From Octopus sinensis (Eukaryota): a stretch of 64,000 bases of DNA. Each line of letters begins with the position of its first letter. Within the stretch, counting starts at the first letter, position 1. A program made the position numbers and the translations under genes. The notes under the pieces are model-generated. The model was not told the origin of the DNA. It saw only the letters and a program-made list of their open reading frames with translations, and did not search any database. The stretch lies in assembly GCF_006345805.1 (NCBI RefSeq), contig NC_043009.1, positions 72,044,001 through 72,108,000 on the forward strand. The letters run 5' to 3'. Below are positions 13,214 through 26,908 of the stretch, in pieces.

Positions 13214-14091
13214 ACTTTTCTGCCCCAAAATAAAATTTTAACAAAACAAAAAATTAAAATCATAAATATTTCAATGCTAAGAGAACTTGTCAATCACCTG
13301 TGTGTACACGTGTGTGCGTGCATGTGTGTGTGTGTGTTCATGCAGGAGTGTGATATTCTACATATGGTAATATAGTGTTAAAGCACCTAAAGGCTGGCTG
13401 GTAGACGTGAGTCAGTCAATTAGGCCAGAGCTGAAACTAATGTAAAAAACGAAGAGAACTATTTTTAATATTCAATATTTTAATTTAATTTTGTTTAATT
13501 TTACACTAGAGACATGTCGAAGAATTTTCCAAAAATGGATATTTAAGTACATATTTTAAGCCACTGAAGACTCAAAGACATTATAAACATTTTTGGCAGA
13601 ACAAAACAAATGTTGCTTTTTATTTAATGAGGAAAAAAAACTATAAATAACATAATGTGGACATGTGTGTGTGTGTGTGAAAGGAATAAGTACAACTAAG
13701 GTTAAGAAGCTGGCAAGTTCAATCAATCAATAATAATACTAAGAATCCTTTTTACTATAGGCACAAAGCCTGAAATTTGGTGGGAGAGGATAAGCCAATT
13801 ACATCAACCCCAGTGCATAGCTGGTACTTATTTCATTGTCAGCAAAAGGATGAAAGACAAAGTTGATCTCAGTGGAATCTAAACATAGAATGTAAAAGAT
13901 GGATGAAATGCCACATTCTGTCCAGCATGCCAACGATTCTGCCAGCTTACTGCCTTAATAATGATAATAATAATAATAAAAATGATGATAGTAGTAGTAG
14001 TAGTAGTAGTAGTAGTTAAACAGGAAGAAGAAAAGTAAAAAGAATGACTGAATAAGAAGAAAATGAAGAAGATGAAGAAACAAGCGCTTAC

Positions 14092-14200
14092 CATCTTCGT
14101 GATGTGCGGTTTTTGCATTAAGAAGGGGGGAAAAAATAAAGAAAGAGACCAAAAAGTCTAAGGAAAATGTGTTTAGTTGTTTGTGCAAGATGGCAGCAAA
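14092..14200 (-). other. Candidate first exon of a minus-strand gene (ATG..MQKPHITKM|GTAAGC)
   Basis: ATG at 14118-14116, 9 codons, then the strong donor ATG|GTAAGC (intron from 14091). YY1-like GCTGCCATCTT just upstream (14187-14197). No downstream exon identified. Confidence 0.25.
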
Positions 14201-14827
14201 GTTTGTGAAAATATAAAAGTAAACAGTGGAGTTAGATATCTTTATATTCCTGACAAACAGCTTTGAGCAGTTTTCTTCATTAATGAAATACAGCTTTTAA
14301 TACAGCAGCACTCCTTCAGCAAACAGTGTAGGCAGAACTTATACGTGGTGGAACTGCGCCCATGTATGTTCATATATATATATAAAACATACTTAACCTA
14401 AATCATTGGAAAGCTGCAGCTTGTCATCCAGGGAAAATCTCTTCATAGACATTGGGTTAAAAACCAAAATATACATCAAACCTACATCATCATCATCATT
14501 GTCGTTTAATATCTGCTTTCTATGCTGGCATGGGTTGGACGGTTTGACTGAGGACTGGCAAGCCAGAAGGCTGCACCAAGGAATTCAGTAATTTGTCTGG
14601 AAATATATTTAATCCAAAGTGTTTCTAATCTTTTAACAGATTAAATCATTGAGATGGAATTCTATGGAGATAGAATTGGCTGGGAATGAGTGAGGTTTTG
14701 ACCATTTGATCATGGACTACATTCCAATGACACAGTTTGGTACCCAACCATCAGATCTGAGAAGAAAAAAGATGAAGAGAGAGAGGAGACAGACAGACAA
14801 ACAGAGCAAGGGCAACAAGAGATTGAG

Positions 14828-15689
14828 TATCTACAGTGTAAATGTACTGCCATGGGAACTAAATTTGCCCCAGTATACATGAAATCAGTAATGGGATAAC
14901 TGAAGCAAAAACTATAAAAGAAAACTATGGCACTAGTTTTAGAAAATATAAAAGGGCTCATAGAATAGATTTCTTGATAACTGTTTTTTAATCTGAAGAA
15001 AATCTGTAAATAATTTAGAGGAATTCAGTATCCTTTTGATCAATTTATATCAAACCCTAAAGAAGACTGGCAACACAAAATTAACTTTTCTCAACATAAT
15101 GATAATTAAAAATAACACTGACATACAATGGATCAACATTATAAAGACATGGATATGCATCAATATCTGAGCAGTGAACCATGTCACCCAGCATATATAA
15201 AATGCAATATCCCATATTATCACTCAACCTCTCTCTCTCTATCTTGCAAACCACAATCCCCTTTCCATATTCCCCTCCCAACTCTATCCACATTATTACT
15301 CTCCCCACTATCACCTCCACACACCCACAATGATAAAATCACTCCTTTCATTATACTTTTCATCAAAATCATCATCCTCTCGTATTCTTGCTTCAGGGTG
15401 GCCCTTCTTTAATCTTGCAAGTGACAAGGTGACCATCACTAGCAAGATAACACTTTGTGATATGGATGGCATTAGGAAGGGCACCCAGCCAGGGAAACCA
15501 TGCTGGAACTGAGATGTTCACAATAGCAAAAGAGATACTTTGAAGAGTACATCTTTTATCCTTTACTTGAAAGTCTAGTCAAAATGATCAATCCCTGTAT
15601 TTAATTCTTAAAGTCTGATGCTTATTCTGTCAGCCTCTTTTGTTGGACTGCTAAGTTACAGGGACATGTGCAAGCCAGCCTTGGTTGTC
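14828..15689 (+). repeat. Duplicated segment (copy 2) inserted between AGATTGAG direct repeats
   Basis: 862 bp = copy 1 (990 bp) minus 128 bp. AGATTGAG at 14820-14827 and 15691-15698. Confidence 0.93.
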
Positions 15690-16989
15690 TAGATTGAGAG
15701 AGAGAGAGAGAGAGAGACAAAGACTGATAGAGAGAGATAGAGAGATGATAGTAAGATGAGACAGAAAGGCAGAATGATAGAGAGAGAGGGGGAGAAGGGG
15801 AGTGAGGGAGAGAAAAAGACAGATTATTCCTAAAAACATTTTACCAGAAAGGTGATATGATCTGAAAATAACATTTGCAGACAGTTTATAAATTGTGTTG
15901 CCATCACTAGGCAACAGCATCGCTTAGCAACAAATTTTGGATGGTCAGAGATTATGATCATCATTATCATCATCACTACCACCATCATCATCATCATCAT
16001 CAACACCATCATCATCATTATCATCACCAACAGCAACAGTGTCATTGATGTAAAGTCCATTTCTCTCTGTTAGCAGGAACTGAATGAGTCTGCAGAATAG
16101 TGAATCACTTATTCTATCACCTCATTGTAAAGCCAGGATGAAACCTTACCAATTCTCAGGCAGTTCTGCTGTTAGACATGTTTTATTGCATTCAGATTAT
16201 TCGGTCAAATTTAATGCTTATTTCTTTCAAATTAATTATTTTTAATTAATCATGCATTAACTCATGATTTTGAGATTTCAATGATGTGAGTGTATATTTT
16301 TAGACTGACATTATAGGTTAGGTGTGAGAAGCTGGATATGGCCAATCTGAACATAAAACAGGGACAATATCTTCACCAGAAATGGTCGGATTAAAAGTTA
16401 CAGGATCAATCCTTGGCACCCGCAGCTCCAATAGATCTCCAATCAAAGATGTTCCACCTGCAATTATCTTTCCTTCTATTCATACTGGAATCACATCTGG
16501 AACTATATTACTCAATGTGTTCTTCCTTTTTTAAGGCAGCAGAGTGTGTGATTTGAAGAAAGCTTGGCTGGTATTTTTATTAAGTGAAGCCACCATGTCG
16601 ACGATGCTTCACCGGCATTTATGGCAGTCTTTTAATACTGCCATCAACCAGCTACCAGCTAAGACTTGCAGACAGTTAATAAATTTGAATAAATCTTTGA
16701 ATCTGATTCAAATAATGCTGAAGAATGGTCCAATTGAATAGATTACCATACTTCCCACAGAATTTGTATTTTGTATTTAAAATGTCACCTCTGCACCCCA
16801 TAAAAACAACAATAACAACAACATAAAAACACACGTACAGAGACAGACAGATACATCCTTGATCTCCAAAACAGTTTAAGAAATATTTCAATAGGAAAAT
16901 ATAATAATATTCTCTCTTCTTTATGATTATTACAACCATTAACATTTGTTTTGGTTTAGAGTTCTTCAAAAGATGTATTTGTATGTGTA

Positions 16990-17114
16990 TGTTAATATAT
17001 ATATATGTGTACATGTGTGTGCATGGGTGTGTGCACAGTGTATGTGTGTGTGTGACTATGTGTAGGTACACATGGCTGTTGCAAGTTTATATTGTGTGTG
17101 TGTGTGTGTGTGTG

Positions 17115-17162
<48 letters not shown>

Positions 17163-17283
17163 TATATATATATATACATATATATTTACATATATATATA
17201 TATACACACATATATATATATATACATATATATTTACATATATATATATATACACACATATATATATATACATATATATTTAC

Positions 17284-17319
<36 letters not shown>

Positions 17320-17533
17320 ACATATAAAGTATGAAAGTACATCTAGATATGGGTGAGTGTGTGCGTGTGATTAGATATGTGTATATTATATGTGTATTTA
17401 TATGTATGTGTGTGTACATATGTATGTTCTTACAAATAAATATGTATATATGTACATATATGTGTGTTTATATATATATATATTTATATATCTATGTTTA
17501 CACATATGCATACACATATACATATGAGTGTGC

Positions 17534-17583
<50 letters not shown>

Positions 17584-17771
17584 ATGCACACACATACATA
17601 TGTTTATACACATACATAGATAGGGGTTGAGTGAACATTTCAGGAGTGAAGGTGTGGGGAGGAAGAAGGACTCAGGAATGAAATCAGACGTAAAAACAAC
17701 CCACAAAAACAATTCCCTGGTTAAATAATAAATAGACTGCATTAGAAATGGAGCTTCCTGTATTTTGTCAC

Positions 17772-17813
<42 letters not shown>

Positions 17814-17977
17814 TACATACAAATGTACATGTACTTATTTCTATTACATACATACTGATACACACACACATACATACAAATATACACATATATAGCAATA
17901 TATATATATATTTATATACCAACACTATCAGCAATATAAACACACACATGTATAAAAGCATATCACATTCTCATACA

Positions 17978-18036
<59 letters not shown>

Positions 18037-19210
18037 ACCATATTACAGCCTCACATATACATACCTATACACATACATATTACATACTCACTCACACACA
18101 CAAGCTTATTACATTGACACATGTAAAAAGCAACAAGTAAATACAGGCATATACATACATCCAGCAGCACACAGATTAAGGGATCTACACACTCTCACAA
18201 TGACACACATATGCACACACAGCAACTAAGAAATACACAAGTGCATATATACACATATACACATTTGTGCAAATAGACACAGTGTAACAGATATGAACCA
18301 ACATACTCACACACACAAACACAGTTGCACTGTGACACACAAATACACACACGGCAATGCTGCAGTATATATATATATATACCAACGTAGCAAACACACA
18401 CACGCATATATATGAATATACATGCATACATATGCACGTGCATGCATGCATGCACACATACAGACACACACACACACACAAACAAACATACACATGAACC
18501 AATGAAAGAATATCGTTAATAATTTATTAGTTTCAGGCATGAAAATATCTGGAGATCAACTGACAGAACCATGAATATTCAGAAGCAATATGGGTTATTT
18601 GCAGGCAAATGAGTCATTAGGCACATGAATACACACACATACGCGCACACACACACATACACACACACACATATATATACATACACACTCATACATATAC
18701 ACACACACACACATATATATATACACACATACATATATATATATTACATAGGCACACATACATATACACACACACATACATATATATATATACACACACA
18801 CATACATATATATACACACACACATATATACACACACATACATATATATATACACACACACATACATATATATACACACACATATATATATACACACACA
18901 TACATATATACACACATACATATATATATACACACACACATATATATATACACACACACATATATACACACACATATATACATACACATACATATATATA
19001 CACACACACAAATACATATACATACACACACACACATATATACATACACACACACACAAATATATACACACACACACACACATAAATATTTACACACACA
19101 TACATATATACACACATGCACATATATACACACACATACATATATATACACACACACACATATATATAGAGAGAGAGACATATATGTACGTACATACATA
19201 TATGTGTGTA
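16990..19210. repeat. Long compound (CA)/(TA)/(TG) low-complexity microsatellite field
   Basis: Direct reading. Includes a ~40-bp higher-order unit repeated about three times at ~17155-17295 and a dense CA/TA tract at 18625-19200. Confidence 0.9.
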
Positions 19211-20639
19211 TAAAGAAACCTCCGTCTCCTCCTTTGCCTCCTTCTTCTCTCAAGGGACAACAAAAACATCAACAACATGAACCATGCCAGTATCAACACC
19301 AAGAGTGAAAAACCGAAATGCAATAAGCGAAGGCGCCATTCTCTAAGTAGGCTGCCTCTCATTACAACCCAATGTTGCACACAGAACTAAAAGAACATGG
19401 CCTGGCTGATTTCTGGTGGAAAGATGCCTGGCAGAAGACCAATTTGGTTGAACTTTTTGGAGTCAATGGCTTTTTTTCTTTTTTACAGCCACAGATGGTT
19501 ATAATGAAAATGACAGGAGTGTGTAAGGGCGGGTGTGTGTGTGTGTTTGCAGCTTATTGTATTCTGTTGCACAGAGATAATGAAATATATAGACTACGAC
19601 AGATTAACAGTTTCAGCAACAGATTAACCACAGAAACAGCAGATTCATTACTATAACACCACATTAACCTGTGTAACTAGTGCAACCATAGATTCTAGTA
19701 TAACTAGTACCAACTATAGATTCACAATACAGTGGAAGGGGGGGAGGGATCTAATTTACTTTTGATATTTTGCTTGAGTACGAAATGGCAGACTCATTAG
19801 CACAAGGGGCAAAATGCTGAGTGGCATCTCGTCTGTTTTTATGTTCTGAGTTCAAATTCCACTGAGGTCGGTTTTGGCTTTGATGAAATAATTACCACTT
19901 GAAAACAGGGATCAATGTACTTGGTTTACCCCCAGCTCCCCAAAAATTGCTGGCTTTGTGCCAAAATGTGAAACAAATATTTTGCTTGAAAATTTTGAAG
20001 TTCAATATTTGTCAATAGCATTGATTACCATCTTCTTGGAAACATAATACACACACACACACATGCTCTGTAAGTGTAGAATTGGTCAATTCTGATTGGT
20101 TAGTTGCTTTATGGCTGCTCCAAAGTCGAATCTTTCTAAATGAAAACTGTAATCGATGCCTTTGCCTCTTCACTTAGAACAGAAGCCATCCACATGGTCG
20201 GTCACTTTGCTAGAAATAACAGTCAAATCTTACTTCCATTTCAAACAAGAAAGATAGTTAATATTGCCCAAAATGTTGTCTGAAAATAAGGCTAAATAGT
20301 CATGGCTGGGATGTCAGTGACCATTGGGCAGAGCAGAGGCTAAACAACAACCACCACAGGTCATAGCCTTACCTGCTAGAAAAAACACCTCATAGAAAGA
20401 AGAAAGGTACACTGAATAATTTGCTCCTTGATGCACTACACCTGAATATATGATGAGATGGTCACGGTTGGAATGCCTTTGATCACAGATCAATAACATA
20501 GAGCTGAACAACAGTAACAAGAGCAGCAGTTTAAGCCAGTGAGTTTCCTGGTAGTCTCTCAACTTGCTAGAAATAGGTGATAAATTTCACATTCATTAGA
20601 AAATGTGGCCTTAAATAAGAAAAAAAATATCTTACAGTT

Positions 20640-20868
20640 TTAACCCTTTAGCATTTAAGCCAACCATTTATGGCCCTAATATTCTCCCTGTTTTAATGTT
20701 CAAACTGGCGAGATCTGGCCTCTCACACCTACTTGACAATGTTATTCTAAAAATAAACAACCACATCATCAAAATCTTGAAGCTATGAGAGAATGCAAGA
20801 TTAGTTCAAAGCAATGACACTAAATAAACATTATATTTGACAGAGTAATCTGAATGCTTAAGAATTTA
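20640..20868 (+). mobile_element. piggyBac-type MITE family 1 (TTAA-CCCTTTAGCA..TGCTAAAGGG-TTAA)
   Basis: TTAACCCTTTAGCATT start; ~225-bp body shared with copies at ~16186-16410(-), ~39441-39660(+, ends AAAGGGTTAA) and 43097-43323(-). CCC/GGG ends with TTAA are piggyBac hallmarks. Confidence 0.75.
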
Positions 20869-21194
20869 GGGTCCTTCATTCTATCTGTACCAATTCAGCC
20901 TCATTTCTAACTTCCCAGCACTTCTTGTGTCTTCTCTTTCAAAAGCATCCTGTGTTTAAATGATAGAATTCTTTCCTCCTCCTCCTCCTCCTCCTCATGG
21001 TACATAAACTTATTCCATTTTATGCAATTCAGTTTGGTCCCTGAGTCAAGAGTTCAATTTCTATCATTGGCACTGCACCATGGCAGGTTGTGAGTCACCA
21101 AATAAAGCCTCACAATATCAGCACTCTCTTCCTCAGTCTCAGGTGAACCAACGTCTTCTGAGTAGAATTTGGTGAAGGGAAACTTACGGACGCT

Positions 21195-21258
<64 letters not shown>

Positions 21259-21624
21259 AAACAATGTCTATGTTTACAAGCTAAAAGCTGGTGTCAATGT
21301 TCCCTAAGTGTAGCAGTTCAATATACAGAAATCAATAAAACAAACACAAGACTGAAATAAATAGAGGTATTGATGTGATTGATTAAAACCCATCAAAACA
21401 GTGTCCCAATATGTCTTCAACCCAACAAGTGAAACCAGCAAAAGAATAAAAGAATATTAATGTGGCTGTGTGATAAGAAGCTTGCTTCCCAACCACATGG
21501 TTCTGGGTTCAGTCCTACTGCATGGTACTTCTCTTCTACAATAGCTTCGGGCCAACTAAAGTCTTGTGAGCAGATTTGGTAGATGGAAACTTAAAGAAGC
21601 CTGTTGTACATATATAAATATGTG

Positions 21625-22002
21625 CCGGTAGCACATAAAAAGCACCATCCGTATGTGGCCGATGCCAGCACCACCTCGACTGGCTTCTGTGCCGGTGGCA
21701 CATAAAAAGCACCATCCGAACGTGGCCGATACCAGTGCCGCCTTGGCTGGCTTCCATGCCGGTGGCACGTTAAAAGCACCAACTGATCGTGTCCGATGCC
21801 AGACTCCCCTGGCACCTGTGCAGGTGACACGTAAAAAGCACCCACTACACTCGCGGAGTGGTTGGCGTTAGGAAGGGATCTAGCTGTAGAAACACTGCCA
21901 GATCAGACTGGAGCCTGGTGCAGCCTCCTGGCTTCCCAGACCCCAGTCGAACTGCCCAACCCGTGCTAGCGCAGAAAACGGACGTTAAACGATGATGATG
22001 AT
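21625..22002 (+). mobile_element. RTE LINE 3' end with sub-repeats, directly after a partial SINE A (21460-21620)
   Basis: GTGGCACATAAAAAGCACCATCCG units, then GGAGTGGTTGGCGTTAGGAAGGG..GGACGTTAAACGATGATGAT. Confidence 0.85.
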
Positions 22003-22239
22003 ATTTATATATATATATACATATATGTATATGCACTTTAAGGTCCTCATGGAAAAACCCACAAAAGCCACAGGTGCCTGAACAACAGGGTAAGAGCCCT
22101 TCTCCTTTGATTCCCTTTTTACAGGGGCACACTCAGAACTGGTCCTTTCACACTGGCCATTCTTCCAACATTCACCAGCCTTTCAATAAACTTGCTACAA
22201 GGCAACACTTCCCTCTCCACCTTCAATAATTTTTTTCTT

Positions 22240-22607
22240 TTTATTTCAGTCATTTGACTGTGGTCATGCTGGAGCACCACCTTTAGTCAAGCAAATCGAC
22301 CCCAGGATTTATTCTTCGTAAGCCTAGTACTTATTCTATCGGTCTCTCTTGCCGAACTGCTAAGTGATGGAGATGTAAACACACAAGCATCGGTTGTCAA
22401 GCAATGTTGAGGGGGACAAACATATGCACACAAACATATACATACATATATATATATATGATGAGTTTCTTTCAGCTTCCGTCTACCAAATCCACTCACA
22501 AGGCTTTGGTCGGCCCAAAGCTATAGTAGAAGACACTTGCCCAAGGTGCCACGCAGTGGGACTGAACCCAGAACCATGTGGTTGGTAAGCAAGCTACTTA
22601 TCACACA
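22240..22607 (-). mobile_element. SINE family A, near full length
   Basis: Colinear with 41873-42291. Confidence 0.88.
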
Positions 22608-22894
22608 ATAATAATAATAGTAATAATAATAATAATAGTAATAATAATAATAATATTAATAATAATAATTCTTTCTACTATAGACACAAGGTCTGAAATT
22701 TTCAAGGAGTGGGATTAGTCAATTACATCAACCCCAGTGTTTCACTGGTACTTAATTTATCGACCCCGAAAGGATGAAAGGCAAAGTTGACCTCAGTGGA
22801 ATTTGAACTCAGAGTGTAAAGATAGGCAAAAATACTGCTATGCATTTTGCCCAGTGTGCTAATGGTTCTGCCAGCTCACTGCAGCAGCAGCAGC

Positions 22895-22921
<27 letters not shown>

Positions 22922-22925
<4 letters not shown>

Positions 22926-23370
22926 TCGATATAAACGTATCTGTCAAGACCTACCAAAAACTGAGCAAATATAAAGATCTTGAAATAGAAATCAGCAAAA
23001 TGTGGAAGCTGAAGACTAAAACAATACCTGTTGTCATAGGTGCCCTGGGAATGATAGCGAAAGGGACTGATTGCTACCTAACTCAGATACCAGGAAACCC
23101 AAAAATGGCAGAAGTTCAAAAGATAGTGCTCATGGGAACTGCTCATATCCTACGCAAAATACTCTCTATGTAATCTCAAGGTTTAAAACAAACATAATTT
23201 TCGGTTTAAAAAAAAAAAAAAAAAAAAGACATTCATTAGTACAACATCACCCCCACCACCACCAAATATATGGCACACTAGGCATAACAACAACATGAAC
23301 TTCCAACCCTGTTGTCTCTTGAGGTCTCTGGGTGAGACTTGGAGCCAACTTGTACAAATATAAAGCAAAA
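22922..23370 (+). mobile_element. R4/Dong-like RLE-LINE 3' fragment
   Basis: DINVSVKTYQKLSKYKDLEIEISKMWKLKTKTIPVVIGALG..VQKIVLMGTAHILRKILSM*, the K..KY..L C-terminus of restriction-like-endonuclease LINEs. Preceded by (TAA)n, followed by (GAA)n. Confidence 0.85.
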
Positions 23371-23697
23371 GAAGAAGAAGAAGAAGAAGAAGAAGAAGAA
23401 GAAGAAGAAGAAGAAGAAGAAGAAGAATATGTATGGATATGTTTATGTAAGCTATTAGTAGAAATATGAACTGGGCTAATTTAGCTATTTCTTTGAAGAT
23501 TGACGAAATAACAAACAACCTTACTTGATTTTTAAATCTTATTGGACTTTCATGAGAGGCACCTACATCAACCTGATTGATTCCAGAGAAACAAGCAGCT
23601 AATTTGTTGATATACTCAACAATTTCAGAAGCTACGGCAAAATGGAGCTACTAATTTGCATACCATAACATGTTAACAGTTTATTTAATATCAAGGA

Positions 23698-23885
23698 TCA
23701 TCATCATCATCATCATCGTTTAACATTCGCTTTCCATGCTAGCATGGGTTGGACGTATGACTGAGGGCTGGCGAACCAGATGGCTGCACCAGGCTTCAAT
23801 CTTGATCTGGCAGAGTTTCTACAGCTGGATGCCCTTCCTAACGCCAACCACTCCGAGAGTGTAGTGGGTGCTTTTACATGCCCCA
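23698..23885 (-). mobile_element. RTE LINE 3' tail
   Basis: Reverse complement of ~1560-1745. Other short tails at about 14484-14580(-), 41550-41625(-), 43585-43690(-), 49800-50065(+), 51155-51335(-), 59225-59275(+). Confidence 0.85.
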
Positions 23886-25438
23886 TGCCGATCTGATATA
23901 TATATATATATAAAGTAGTGGAAGAAAAATGGGTCAGTGCTGATGACCTTCTAAGCTCTCTTGGACTGATGAACTTCATGTAGCTTAAACCCAATCCAAA
24001 AGAGATGAAGTTAATATCTTCCTAAAACTCAAAAACCATCAATGACGAAGGAACAAAATATCCAAAACATTAAAATGGCAGTCGGGGGTGGGGAGGATTA
24101 TTGGTCAAGTGAAATCAGACCTATGATTAAAGATGTTCCATCCATGAACAATCTGATTTCTTGTAGATCTAAGACATATTATACAACATGTTCATTCTTT
24201 TATAAGACAACGGTGCGAACTGAAGAAATTTGGCTGCTATTTCTAACAGAATCAAAAGCCCACAAAAAAGGCTCCATGTTGTTTCATGATGGCATCATTA
24301 CTAGAGAGAATAACTAAGAATCTCAGACAATGATTATTTTTCTGTGAGGGCAACTCATTTGCAATTCAGACTGGCCATGGTGCCTAGACAGGTTGCCTTC
24401 TCTGTGAATGCAGAAACCGCATCTCTTTTGAGATATTTTATAGATTTCAAGACAACTGGTAATGTATTGGGGGATAAAGCAATATCCCGTCAGAATTATT
24501 TAATTCTGATCTGATTTTATAGAATATTTTAAATAATGATATCAGAGAATTCCCAGTAGTAAAAGAGATTGGTGATGGTAACCTACTGAAACAGAAGAAA
24601 AAAAAAATTTGGTTTCACAAATATGTTAAAATATCTAAATAATTGCCAACAAAAACCATTTTGGTATCATTTGATTTAATGTAATTTGCGGTAAGGAAGA
24701 GAGAGAGAGAGAGCATGCCAAAAATCAAAAGAGGATAATTTGATTAAATAAAAACAAACGTTTATTTTCACCTTTGACTTTTTTTTTTTTAAATAAGAAC
24801 TTGTATATTACAAGTTTTATTTAATTAAACAACAAAACTGCAATAACATCAACAAATCAGGAAATTAGGGTAGCGAGAGAGAGAGAGAGAGAGAAGAATG
24901 CCAGACCAAATCCATTAAAACAGTTTAGTTCTGCTCTTTAGTTTCAAAGTTTTGAGTCTGTTGGGATGAGTTTTATTTTTTGGTTTCTCAATTCTCCAGG
25001 TTCAATAAAATGTGTATAAGTAATACACTGGGGTTAAAACTGATCAACTGTGCAATTTTCCCCAATATCAAAAACCAATCAACCATACTATTTTGCTCAA
25101 TACCCAAACTGGCTTCAAGCCAAGTGAAAAGGAAATCGGTATTAAAACTAGATGCCAGCAACTCGGTTTTTGCTATTGTATTTAAGATAGAAAAGGAAAA
25201 GTAATTTAGGAAACAGTTTTATTTCTTAGACTCCACAATGGCATCAATAGTTTTGGAATAATGATCTGTTGTTTTTCTCATGAGAAATCACAGAGAAATT
25301 TCAAGACAAAAGAAAGCAAGACATACACACACATATTCATAAAATGTTGTATTATGTTCAATTAAAGAAGGAAAAGAGAAATCTTTGACAAAAAATATGA
25401 ATGTATACATGTATATTTATGTATGAATACATTGAAGC

Positions 25439-25492
<54 letters not shown>

Positions 25493-25811
25493 GAGAGAGA
25501 GAGAGAGTATTGAACAGTATTACATTTTTAAGGAAATCTTATTCAATGGTTACAATTCTGTGTAGGTGTCGTGTATTATGTGGTGTGCGTGTGTCCATTT
25601 GTGAATGCTGTAGAGACGGCTCCATTGCTGTGTGGTTAACAAGACTGTTTCATGACAACATGGTTCAGGGTTTAATTTCACTGCATAGCATCTTCAACAA
25701 CCATCTTCTACGACCATCATACTGACCTTTACTGACCAATAAACCTTGGAAATGAAATCTGGTACATGTAAATAACATAAAAGTCTGCTGTGTGTGTGTG
25801 TATTTACATGT

Positions 25812-26128
25812 GAAGGAATGTGGCCAAGTGGTTAAGGTATTCAGCTTAAAATCAAAAGGTTGTGAGTTCAATATCTGGCAGCACATTGTGGCCTTAAGCA
25901 AGGCACTTCATTTCACATTGCACCAGTCTACTCAGCTGGCAAAAATGAGTTGTATTTGAAAGGGCCAGCCTTGTCACATTCTGTGTCATGCTGACTCTCC
26001 CTTTCAGTTATGTTAAGGGAATGCATGTCTGTGGAATACTCAGCCACTTTGCATGTTAATCCCATGAATAATCTATTCCATTGATTGGATTAGCTGGAAC
26101 ACTCACTGTTGTAACCAACAAAGTGCCA
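25812..26128 (+). mobile_element. tRNA-derived SINE, family C
   Basis: TGGCCAAGTGGTTAAGG (A box), GAGTTCAATATCT (B box), TTGTGGCCTTAAGCAAGGCACTTCATTTCACATTG core. Related head on - at about 59420-59570. Confidence 0.65.
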
Positions 26129-26156
26129 ATAACAATAATGATATGTTTACAGTCAG

Positions 26157-26195
<39 letters not shown>

Positions 26196-26751
26196 AGACA
26201 TGGGTCTTGTGTTTTGCAAGGACAAATGAATAATGTCGTTTAGAACATATTTATGTTAATGAAATCCAGATTCGTTTCGTCTGGCCATCCTCCTGTCCAT
26301 ATGGCTGAGAAACAAAGGTTAAAAGAGGACAAAATTCAAATCTAGGACATGAAACAGATTTTAATCTCCAACAATCATGTCCTAATTTATAGAAATATGC
26401 ATACACAAAAGTACATTGGTATTTTTGAATAATGTAAATATAGAATCTTCGATTTTGTTTATATTTTTTCCTAGCAGATAATTAATGGCATCAAAGTAAA
26501 GGCAATGTCAAGAAAGAACTGAAGTGAGAGAGGGCAATGTCAACATCTACACAACAGCCACACACACACACACACACATACAATGGCCTCATACTTACAC
26601 ACAAATATAGCTACGGGCAAGTCATTTGGCATAAATTTTCTGCAAATGAACAAAATCCAAAAATAGAGCAATTTTTATTTGTTTTTTTTATTAATTTTTT
26701 TGTTTGTTTTTTTAGTAAATAAATAAATAGACTTGAAAGGAAAAAACTCAC

Positions 26752-26826
26752 CAATTGAATGATCAAACAAAACTCTGATAGATGTAAAAGATTTACTCAC
26801 CTGAAATAGAAGAGAAACAAAAATGG
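26752..26826 (-). promoter_or_regulatory. Candidate recursive splice site (3'ss immediately followed by 5'ss) with 49-nt cryptic exon
   Basis: Minus strand: CCATTTTTGTTTCTCTTCTATTTCAG|GTGAGT (junction 26801/26800); second donor TTG|GTGAGT at 26752/26751. Confidence 0.55.
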
Positions 26827-26908
26827 TAAATAAACACATCAAATGGAAAGACTAACAAGAAACTAGAGAGAGAGAAGGCTTTGAGAATTAATTTGGTGAT
26901 GTTTATGT

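Noticed and set aside
16923-19308. Many overlapping 100-227 aa ORFs (YI/HT/CV-rich)
   Set aside because: Dinucleotide microsatellites lacking stop codons.
23938-23990. Two CTGATGA motifs as a hammerhead or C/D snoRNA
   Set aside because: No stem II plus GAAA and no terminal stem in the right arrangement.
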